Below the pieces are notes generated by a model. The model saw nothing but the letters and a program-made list of their open reading frames with translations, was not told where the DNA came from and did not search any database. The position numbers were made by a program, and so were the translations under genes. This document shows positions 49,487 to 56,293 of a DNA stretch of 56,372 nt, in pieces (the first letter of the stretch is position 1; the number at the start of each line of letters is the position of its first letter). Source of the stretch: a virus (Duplodnaviria; Caudoviricetes); IMG/VR virus record IMGVR_UViG_3300044641_005442, positions 1 through 56,372 of that record; one strand, written 5' to 3'.

Positions 49487-51082
49487 TCAACCTAAAAGAT
49501 TTTTTAAGATTGATGTAACATAATATTCAGTAGATGCATTTAAGTTACGTTTACGTTTACCTTTAAGTGGTGGGAAGGTAGGTTCACTCTCTACGTTTGT
49601 TGGTTCATCCACCACTCCTGCTGAAGGATCATTTGGATTATAATGAAGCCTTCCGGACCTCCACTCTCCTGGGTTCTTTTCGGTATTTGGTATTTCTGTT
49701 GTTGGAAAAGGTTTAGGTGATTTTATTGCTTTTCCTAGTGAAGGTGTTACTGGTGCTGCTGGAACTTCTTCTGGAGGTGTTACTGCTGCTGGAACTTCTT
49801 CTGAAGGTGTTACTGGATTACGTCTAGCTCTACCTCTACCTGCACCTGCTGCTGATGATGTAGGTGTTGATGTTACTGTTGATGCTGCTGTTGCTACTGG
49901 AACTTTTTCTGGAGGTGTTACTGGATTACGTCTAGCTCTACCTGCTGCTGGAGTTTTTGGTTCAGCTTTCGGTTCAACTTTAGGTTCAACTTTTGTATCT
50001 TTAACTTTATCAAATAAACCAGGTGTTACTTCAGGCAATGTTTTAGATGATGTTTTATCTGTTGCTTTGCCTTTAAGCATATCAGCCATAGCTGCTGCAG
50101 CATCAGCCGCTGGACTCGGTGCCCTTGGTTCACTTGAAGGTTCAGGTGAAACAGTAGGCGCAGGTGGAATAGATGGCGCGGATGGTATCTTGCTTAGTGC
50201 TAATTTAGTTTGTGCATCCCTTAAACTTATGGTTGCAGCTGACTCTGCATCATCTTTTTTCTTTTTATTACGCTCTGACCACAACCGTGCAGCAAGTGCA
50301 GATCTTTGAGTTTTTAATTTAATACGTTCTGTTTCAGCTTGTGTTGCCAAAGATGTATCAGTTGTTTTCTTTTTATTACGATCTGACCACAAACGCGCAG
50401 CAAGTGTAGATCTTTGAGTTTTGATTTTAAGACGATCTGCTTCAGCTTGAGCTGCTAAAGCTGCAGTTCGGTTTGCATCATTTAATGCTGCACGTTCATC
50501 TTTATTTTTTCCGTACTCTAATGCTTTGTCAGCACGGGCCGCATCTGTTGTATCTTTAGCTGTTTGTCTTTCTCCTGCTTTAGCTGCAGCATCGGCAGCT
50601 GTTTGTGCCAAACGTTCATCTCTAGTAAGAGCAGATGTTGCAATTTTATCTTGTCTATCTGTCTGTGCCTTATCTAACGCAGCTTGGCGTGCTGTAGCAG
50701 CAGCAGCCGCAGCAGCTTTACTTGCGCCAACAGTTTTACCTACCTCTCCATAGGTAGAAATAATACCCTGAACTTTTTCATCTCTACGAGTTTCATAACT
50801 AGCTTCTTGTTCTCGTCTCTCTTTTTTTCTTGCAGCTATACGTGCAAGTTTTGCACTGTCATCAACTGGAACAGGAGCCGGAGCAGGAACTGGAGTTGGA
50901 GCAGGGACTGCTGCAGCTTCAGCATCAGATCTCTTTTTTGCTCTATTGGCAAGAAAGTTTCTAAAACTTCCAATTCCCTTTGCTGCCAAATATCCACCAG
51001 CAGCAAGACCAACAGCTGCTACAGGTAACATTGCACCAAATGCAGAAATATCAGCTTCCTGTAAATTTTTATTATTATTCAT
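49487..51082 (-). CDS. Ala/Pro/Lys-rich low-complexity protein with N-terminal hydrophobic helix and internal repeats
   Basis: 531 aa; AVGLAAGGYLAAKGIG; duplicated KTQRS.LAARLWS.RNKKK and GRARRNPVTP.E.VP. Confidence 0.7.
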   Translation of the reverse strand: MNNNKNLQEADISAFGAMLPVAAVGLAAGGYLAAKGIGSFRNFLANRAKKRSDAEAAAVPAPTPVPAPAPVPVDDSAKLARIAARKKERREQEASYETRRDEKVQGIISTYGEVGKTVGASKAAAAAAATARQAALDKAQTDRQDKIATSALTRDERLAQTAADAAAKAGERQTAKDTTDAARADKALEYGKNKDERAALNDANRTAALAAQAEADRLKIKTQRSTLAARLWSDRNKKKTTDTSLATQAETERIKLKTQRSALAARLWSERNKKKKDDAESAATISLRDAQTKLALSKIPSAPSIPPAPTVSPEPSSEPRAPSPAADAAAAMADMLKGKATDKTSSKTLPEVTPGLFDKVKDTKVEPKVEPKAEPKTPAAGRARRNPVTPPEKVPVATAASTVTSTPTSSAAGAGRGRARRNPVTPSEEVPAAVTPPEEVPAAPVTPSLGKAIKSPKPFPTTEIPNTEKNPGEWRSGRLHYNPNDPSAGVVDEPTNVESEPTFPPLKGKRKRNLNASTEYYVTSILKNLLG

Positions 51083-51089
51083 ATAACTC

Positions 51090-51593
51090 TTATGGTGTCG
51101 GTGGAGGTGTATAACCAGCTGCTCCTAATGTGGCTGCAGCTTTAATTCTGGCAGCATCTAATGCTGCATTATTTGCGTTCTGAGCCATTGTGGTAGCATG
51201 TTTTCTGTTGCTTGCTCGTCCACGTCTGTCAGCTCTTCTGTTTTTATTTGCTTCTTTTCTTTGTTGTTCTAATGCAGCAGTTCTATGTTCTGCCGCAGCT
51301 TTTCGATCTTCGATACTCGATAAAACATTTTGTTTGTTTAATGCTGCAGCATCGGCCTCATCAGCAGCTTTCTTATTCGCTGCTTTGTTTGCATCAGAAA
51401 TTTGTTTCACTTTAAAGCCAGCGACACCAGCAAGCAAAGCTCCACCAATCAGAGTCCCAATAAGTTCATTGATGGGTTGCTTATTGTTAAAGACGATATC
51501 ACCCTTACTATTCAGTTCAATTTTTGATTCGTTTAGCTGAACTTGCTTGAGGGCATTTGCAAAAATTTTTCTGTCGTGTCTTTTGTCGCTCAT
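51090..51593 (-). CDS. Ala-rich protein with Gly-rich hydrophobic helix
   Basis: INE-LIGTLIGGALLAGVAG followed by charged helical region; late TAAATA at 51599. Confidence 0.65.
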   Translation of the reverse strand: MSDKRHDRKIFANALKQVQLNESKIELNSKGDIVFNNKQPINELIGTLIGGALLAGVAGFKVKQISDANKAANKKAADEADAAALNKQNVLSSIEDRKAAAEHRTAALEQQRKEANKNRRADRRGRASNRKHATTMAQNANNAALDAARIKAAATLGAAGYTPPPTP

Positions 51594-51614
51594 AGAATTA
51601 TTTAGATATTTTAC

Positions 51615-51643
51615 TTGACAAAGATTTGAAGAGGTCTTATAAT
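51615..51643 (+). promoter_or_regulatory. Perfect sigma70 promoter with no downstream + strand ORF
   Basis: TTGACA-17-TATAAT followed by AT-rich repeats. Confidence 0.7.
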
Positions 51644-51743
51644 ATACTCTAGAACAATCTCTAAAGAAACTTTAAAAAACTATTTAAAAGAATATCTCTA
51701 AAGGTTCTTTAAAGTACCTTAGAATACTGCAGACGAAGAAATT

Positions 51744-51938
51744 TTAAACATTCCGTTTGCGAAGACGTTTTAACGTTCCAGCGATATCTTTCAGGGCAGA
51801 TTTTCCCTTTTTCGCTTTTGCCTGTTTTTTTAAAATTTTGCCAGATTTTACGTTGAGGTTATCTACAGCTTTCCCCATGGTCTTACCTGTACCATAAACA
51901 CTCAAATATTCCAACAGGTACATGAGTGAATTTTTCAT
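51744..51938 (-). CDS. Small basic hypothetical protein
   Basis: Lys-rich 64 aa; ATGA overlap with the upstream gene. Confidence 0.55.
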   Translation of the reverse strand: MKNSLMYLLEYLSVYGTGKTMGKAVDNLNVKSGKILKKQAKAKKGKSALKDIAGTLKRLRKRNV

Positions 51939-52282
51939 CGTAATTTAATAGACTTACGAATTAACGACACCACGTCTGAAAGTTTGTCATCACTCATTGG
52001 CTCCGATTCGCCTGAAAGAGTGGCATTTAATGCCCTAGCATTGAGTGTATTCTTGTTTGCTGAATCCTTTAAGGCATTACGAGACATATCAACACTTGCT
52101 CTTAAGTCTGGATTATTTTTTAAAGTATCTGCAAATTCTTCTCTGGCCTGAGCTTCTTTGTTTTTTCTTGCTGCTCGTAAAGATTGCTTTGTGGCTTCTT
52201 TCTTTCTGTCGCCTCTGTTACCAGATTTCATAGCTTTTCTGTGACCAGACTCGTTTAATAGAAAGTTTAAGAAGGTGTCCAT
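51935..52282 (-). CDS. Basic hypothetical protein (internal-protein-like N-terminus)
   Basis: Start reassigned to MDTFLNFLLNE (ATG 52282), just after a minus-strand TAAATA at 52288-52293. Confidence 0.55.
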   Translation of the reverse strand: MDTFLNFLLNESGHRKAMKSGNRGDRKKEATKQSLRAARKNKEAQAREEFADTLKNNPDLRASVDMSRNALKDSANKNTLNARALNATLSGESEPMSDDKLSDVVSLIRKSIKLR

Positions 52283-52307
52283 GTATCTATTTATTCTAAA
52301 TAAATTT

Positions 52308-52562
52308 ATGGACATGAAAGCTTTCCGTGCAGACCTGCAACAAAAATCGTTTAACGCTCGTAAGACTAATAACTACGAGGATCGCATTAATGTCACATAC
52401 AAGGGAATGGTCAGCGAAACTTCCGAAGAGCACTACAAAGCAGTATCAGAAAATTTAGAAAAATCTGTAAATTTTCTAACTGGTGTTCTACGTGCAGCTG
52501 AGTATCAATCAATTAATGTTGGTATACAAAATGCACTTCTAGGTAGAAGTAATATTTTATAA
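52308..52562 (+). CDS. Hypothetical protein
   Basis: Start reassigned to ATG 52308 after the + strand TAAATA at 52297-52302; stop overlaps the next ATG. Confidence 0.55.
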   Translation: MDMKAFRADLQQKSFNARKTNNYEDRINVTYKGMVSETSEEHYKAVSENLEKSVNFLTGVLRAAEYQSINVGIQNALLGRSNIL

Positions 52563-53155
52563 TGATTTCAAAACAAGGTAAAAAATGGGTTGTGAAAGAT
52601 TCTACTGGTACGAAAGTACTGGGAACACATCCATCAAAAGAAAAAGCACAAGCACAACTTGCGGCGATTGAGATCTCAAAGAAAAAAAGAAAAGCTTTTA
52701 AGGAACATGTAGAAAATAATCAATCAATGATATCATTCAAACAATTTATAAACGAAGGTGACGGTTATATTGCCACTCCGACTGTGAATCCACTTCCGGA
52801 TAGTTTTAAGCATCAGACTCCACCAGGATATCCTGGAACACAACAACATGGTCCAATGGCTCCTTTCAGACCAGGAAACCCTCAAGGTGAAAATCATCCA
52901 ATGCCTGGATCGACTTTTACAACTCCAGAAGGTTATACTTATACCTATCAAGATGGAAGATGGACTTTAACTGGAAGACCTCCACAAATCAAGCCAGTAC
53001 CAAGACCAACTACTCAGCCAGTTGGGAGACCTTCAAAGCCTGTAACTCCAAGACCTGGAACCGGTGAGACTACGGATCCTAACTACAGACCAATTCCTAA
53101 AAGACCTGGGCAGGGCGAACCAACAGATCCGGGATATATTCCGCTACGCAGATAA
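52562..53155 (+). CDS. Pro-rich protein with small N-terminal phage domain and internal FKQFINE motif
   Basis: MI.K.G.KW.V....G.KVLGTH.SK..A..QL.AIE; duplicated RPG.GE.TDP.Y.P near the C-terminus. Confidence 0.65.
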   Translation: MISKQGKKWVVKDSTGTKVLGTHPSKEKAQAQLAAIEISKKKRKAFKEHVENNQSMISFKQFINEGDGYIATPTVNPLPDSFKHQTPPGYPGTQQHGPMAPFRPGNPQGENHPMPGSTFTTPEGYTYTYQDGRWTLTGRPPQIKPVPRPTTQPVGRPSKPVTPRPGTGETTDPNYRPIPKRPGQGEPTDPGYIPLRR

Positions 53156-53184
53156 TACTCAAAAAATTATAAAATAATTTAAAC

Positions 53185-53211
53185 GGGTCTCCCAAGAGGG
53201 GACCCCTTTTT
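53185..53211 (+). terminator. Intrinsic terminator
   Basis: GGGTCTCCC-aaga-GGGGACCC hairpin followed by CTTTTT, 30 nt after the stop at 53155. Confidence 0.6.
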
Positions 53212-53426
53212 ATGGGTTCCAGGGGGGACCCATTTTTTTCATATAACCTGGGAAAAGGGGGGGGGACCCATTTTTTGACCTCAGAGGTATTCTGGGGGGG
53301 GGACCCATTTTTCTGAAAAGAGGGTGGGGGGGTCTTTTGAGGATTGAGAGGGTGTTGGAGGTTTTTGAGAAAATTTAAAGTTGATTGGCTAGCCGCCACG
53401 ATTTTCTGACGGAAAGGGGACCCATT
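53198..53426 (+). repeat. G-tract repeats G(4-9)ACCC(A/C)TT(T)n, five copies
   Basis: Copies start at 53198, 53222, 53257, 53294 and 53416; extra G runs at 53322-53332. Confidence 0.85.
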
Positions 53427-53451
53427 CTACTGTCTGGACAGTGAAAGTCAA
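53424..53451 (-). promoter_or_regulatory. Sigma70-type promoter facing the G-tract block
   Basis: TTGACT-16-TAGAAT; inverted repeat ACTGTC-tg-GACAGT over the spacer. Confidence 0.5.
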
Positions 53452-53540
53452 GTTAATTCTCCCAAGAATTTAAAAAAATCATCCGGCAAGCAGGATAATA
53501 TTATCGGACGCATCACAGGGCGATACTTTGACCTACCCTA

Positions 53541-53568
53541 TTGCATTCTGCAGCCGTTTCGGTACACT
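53541..53568 (+). promoter_or_regulatory. Promoter for 53575 (predicted leaderless mRNA)
   Basis: TTGCAT-16-TACACT ending 6 nt before the ATG. Confidence 0.55.
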
Positions 53569-53574
53569 TGACGC

Positions 53575-54033
53575 ATGGCTACCGCCCCTCACTCACTCGC
53601 CCTTCCGAATCTTCCTGCGCCGCAGGGTCTTGGAACGCGCAGCGCGGTGATGGGCGGTAGCCTTGGAGATTCTGCTATGCAGATCGTTTACCGTCAGGCG
53701 TCCGTATTTACTTCCGCCTCCGCCTCGTGGGATATCGCACGCCGTGAAGTTGAGACCGCTACGGCGCTCTCAGACATTCGCACTGCCTGCGCTGCGGTTA
53801 CCGCAGCGGGTGCGGGTCGGATCAAATGGACTCGCGTCTCCGAGTCCGACGAATCCGGTAAGGATCGGTTACCCGGTCAGTTCGACGGACGGAGCGTACT
53901 GAAGTTGCACGTATCCCCGAACGTCACAAAGGCAGGGAAGGTCATGGTGACGGTGATCCTCGCCGCCACTGACGTGAACCCCGTCCGCACCGTTCACGTG
54001 AGGGCTGAAACGCTCCTCTTCGTGAAGGCGTAA
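53575..54033 (+). CDS. Hypothetical protein (GC-rich putative early region)
   Basis: 152-aa ORF bounded by a promoter and a GC hairpin. Confidence 0.6.
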   Translation: MATAPHSLALPNLPAPQGLGTRSAVMGGSLGDSAMQIVYRQASVFTSASASWDIARREVETATALSDIRTACAAVTAAGAGRIKWTRVSESDESGKDRLPGQFDGRSVLKLHVSPNVTKAGKVMVTVILAATDVNPVRTVHVRAETLLFVKA

Positions 54034-54046
54034 GGGGAACGGATGC

Positions 54047-54072
54047 GGGGAGGGGCTCGACAGCCCCTCCCC
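54047..54072 (+). other. GC-rich intercistronic hairpin
   Basis: GGGGAGGGGCT-cgac-AGCCCCTCCCC perfect 11-bp stem, no long U tail; followed by AGAAAGA and an ATG. Confidence 0.7.
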
Positions 54073-54105
54073 TTGACGGAGAACCCAAACTAGAAAGAAC
54101 GAATC

Positions 54106-54516
54106 ATGGCTACTGAAATTGAAATCTCCCGCGCCCGTGAATCCGTCCGCACAACGATTAGGAATCTCACACACAGTGTCGATACCTGTGATTGCACTCC
54201 GGTGCAAGCACGTTTCATGTTCTTATCCGCTGCGCTACAGGCAGTCGGTTGCTCTTCTGAATTCGGGAGCGCCATGGAACGCAAGGTGGCCGCTCGGGAA
54301 CTCCGCGACCAACTACAGGAACTTCTCACGTTCTTGCACGTGGCAGTGTACCCACGCTGCGAGAAGTGCGCTGATACTGAGGCCGACCTGACGTGGCAGG
54401 GTAACAAGCAGTACTGCACACCGTGCACCAATACGATGCGCGTACAGAAGATGGAGGAGGAACTCGCCACTGCACGCGCAGTGCGTACAATCGAAGGAGT
54501 TCCCTTCGGTATTTGA
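54106..54516 (+). CDS. Hypothetical protein with CxxC...CxxC zinc-finger-like motif
   Basis: RCEKC...YCTPC; AGAAAGA RBS-like element at 54092. Confidence 0.6.
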   Translation: MATEIEISRARESVRTTIRNLTHSVDTCDCTPVQARFMFLSAALQAVGCSSEFGSAMERKVAARELRDQLQELLTFLHVAVYPRCEKCADTEADLTWQGNKQYCTPCTNTMRVQKMEEELATARAVRTIEGVPFGI

Positions 54517-54520
54517 TCCA

Positions 54521-54775
54521 CCTACTCCCGACAGCACCCGGCTCCCTACGACGGAGGCCGGGTGCTGTCGCATCTACACGGCCTATCGGCAATCGGCGTA
54601 GCCGCCGATAGGCCTCAGTATACTGAGTTGCATAGAGATGTCAAGAGAAATCTTTCAAGATTTGTAAATAAATTTCGAGACTGTATTGGTTTGCATCGTT
54701 CTACCATTCGTGTACAATCCATGCAGACCGCGAAGCGTTTCGCGTTCAACGCCACTAGTAGGAGTAGAACCCATG
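54521..54775. repeat. Intergenic module copy 1 (double hairpin, divergent promoters, conserved leader)
   Basis: CGACAGCACCCGG/CCGGGTGCTGTCG stem 54529-54570; GGCCTATCGGC/GCCGATAGGCC 54580-54614; minus TTGACA-16-TATACT 54617-54644; plus TTGCAT-16-TACAAT 54691-54718; ACTAGTAGGAGTAGA 54754-54768. Confidence 0.88.
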
Positions 54776-55399
54776 AGTCTGACCCCAGCCACCGTTTCCA
54801 GCCTGTCCCCAGTCATCGTTTCCGCGATTCGTGACCACAGACGTTTGCAATACAACGCGTCTGTAATAGCGAATACTGATGATGTTGGTGGTAATGATGA
54901 ATATGACGTAAATGAATGCGTCTATGAAGAAATTACTGACATCTTTGCAGAAATTGCAGGCGTGGAAGATATTGATGTCTGGTATCAGAGTGCCCAGTGG
55001 TGCGCCATGGAGGACGTGTTTAACGATATGGTGAAGACGGCAGAGGTACAGATAAAGGCGGACAGACTTCGGCGCGTATTGGAACAGCACGCTACGGCGT
55101 TTGCTGTCCGCTGCGGTTTCAAAGTCGGCACACGTGAGTACGTCCTCGCTGCGCGTAAGGCGCTGGATGAGGCTAGGACGGCTCATGATGAACAGTTCAA
55201 CGGCGAACGCCGTATGGAACGCGCAGCGACCAGCCGCGCGTGTGGCGTCTCTGGTGAGGATCACTACGCCAACGAGGACTACCTGTCCTCTGAGTTCCAT
55301 AAGGATGTGGAATGGATGCAGGATGTTCTGAACTGGCTGGAGGAGAATTGTCCTCTTCTTATGCTCAAGATCGCGGAGGAGCCAGCACCAGCAGAGTAA
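54773..55399 (+). CDS. Hypothetical acidic protein
   Basis: Start reassigned to MSLTPAT (ATG 54773) after the AGGAG RBS. Confidence 0.65.
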   Translation: MSLTPATVSSLSPVIVSAIRDHRRLQYNASVIANTDDVGGNDEYDVNECVYEEITDIFAEIAGVEDIDVWYQSAQWCAMEDVFNDMVKTAEVQIKADRLRRVLEQHATAFAVRCGFKVGTREYVLAARKALDEARTAHDEQFNGERRMERAATSRACGVSGEDHYANEDYLSSEFHKDVEWMQDVLNWLEENCPLLMLKIAEEPAPAE

Positions 55400-55407
55400 T
55401 CTTTCAC

Positions 55408-55666
55408 GCGACAGCACCCGGCTCCACCAAAAGGAGACCGGGTGCTGTCGCATTTCCGCGTACTATCGGCGAATCGGCGTAGCCGCCGATAGGCCGAGCA
55501 GTGTACCATGCGGAGCAAGAATGTCAAGCAAATTCTTTCAAGTTGGACAAGAAATTTTCTTTGATATACTTTGTGGAATTGTCTTGTGTTGAATTGTGGT
55601 TGTGTTATAGTTCGGGCATGGAAACGAATCGTTCGTTTCCCCGCAACTAGTAGGAGTAGACCTATG
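55408..55666. repeat. Intergenic module copy 2
   Basis: Same stem 55408-55451 with a different 7-nt loop; CTATCGGC/GCCGATAG 55463-55492; minus TTGACA-16-TACACT 55500-55527; plus extended -10 TATAGT 55606-55611; ACTAGTAGGAGTAGA 55646-55660. Confidence 0.88.
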
Positions 55667-56020
55667 AGTAGTTTCACCAAAGAGTATTTGACCCCGTCCG
55701 CAACCACTGACAATCCTCATTCGAGCATCCCCGAATTGCGCGGTGTACCGTTCATGACGCACACCGCTGCGTTGTGGATCCTCCGCTCAAACTTGGAGCA
55801 GTCCGTTTCCCCATCCGTCCGCCGTTCGCGAAAGTTCGTAAAGTCCCTCCAATTGATGTGGGACTCGCTCGAACCAGTCATGCGAAAGATCGATGATCAG
55901 AACGAGAAAGTGCGACTGGCTCACAATGCCAGAATCCGCGCTCGGCAAGACCGTAGTCTAGTCCTCATGGTTGAGGGAGCCCCGATCAAACTCGGAGCCG
56001 AAACCCCCGCCGGAGCCTGA
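55664..56020 (+). CDS. Hypothetical protein
   Basis: Start reassigned to MSSFTKE (ATG 55664) after the same AGGAG leader as 54773. Confidence 0.6.
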   Translation: MSSFTKEYLTPSATTDNPHSSIPELRGVPFMTHTAALWILRSNLEQSVSPSVRRSRKFVKSLQLMWDSLEPVMRKIDDQNEKVRLAHNARIRARQDRSLVLMVEGAPIKLGAETPAGA

Positions 56021-56026
56021 CCCACG

Positions 56027-56044
56027 GGGGGGCGAAAGCCCCCC
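56027..56044 (+). other. GC-rich intercistronic hairpin with GAAA tetraloop
   Basis: GGGGGGC-GAAA-GCCCCCC, followed by AGAAAGA at 56058 and an ATG, same layout as 54047-54106. Confidence 0.65.
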
Positions 56045-56070
56045 TACCCTCTACCAAAGAAAGATTCACA

Positions 56071-56286
56071 ATGGCATACACTGACCGAAATTTCAAGACG
56101 AAGAAAGACCTGAAGGCGGCAGTAGCCGCAGGTGACGTAACGGTGTTCGCTCCCGGACCGTTCGGGGGAGCAGTGATGGACGGACTCTGCTACTTGGAAG
56201 GACCACACTTCCCGAAGCCACACACATGGTACGCCCAAGTGTTCGTAGTGGACGGACGAATCAAGCAAGGAACACGCGTCAAATAA
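56071..56286 (+). CDS. Small conserved phage hypothetical protein
   Basis: NFKTKK.LK.AVAAG...PGPFG...LEGPH.P.PH.WYA motif, which I recall from other phage genomes; function unknown. Confidence 0.7.
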   Translation: MAYTDRNFKTKKDLKAAVAAGDVTVFAPGPFGGAVMDGLCYLEGPHFPKPHTWYAQVFVVDGRIKQGTRVK

Positions 56287-56293
56287 CCAACCG

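Noticed and set aside
50067-51540. Plus-strand Ala/Ser-rich ORFs
   Set aside because: Antisense mirrors of the GCA/GCT-rich minus-strand genes
53097-53399. 100-aa Pro-rich minus-strand ORF
   Set aside because: It is the translation of the G-tract repeats and overlaps the + strand gene end and terminator
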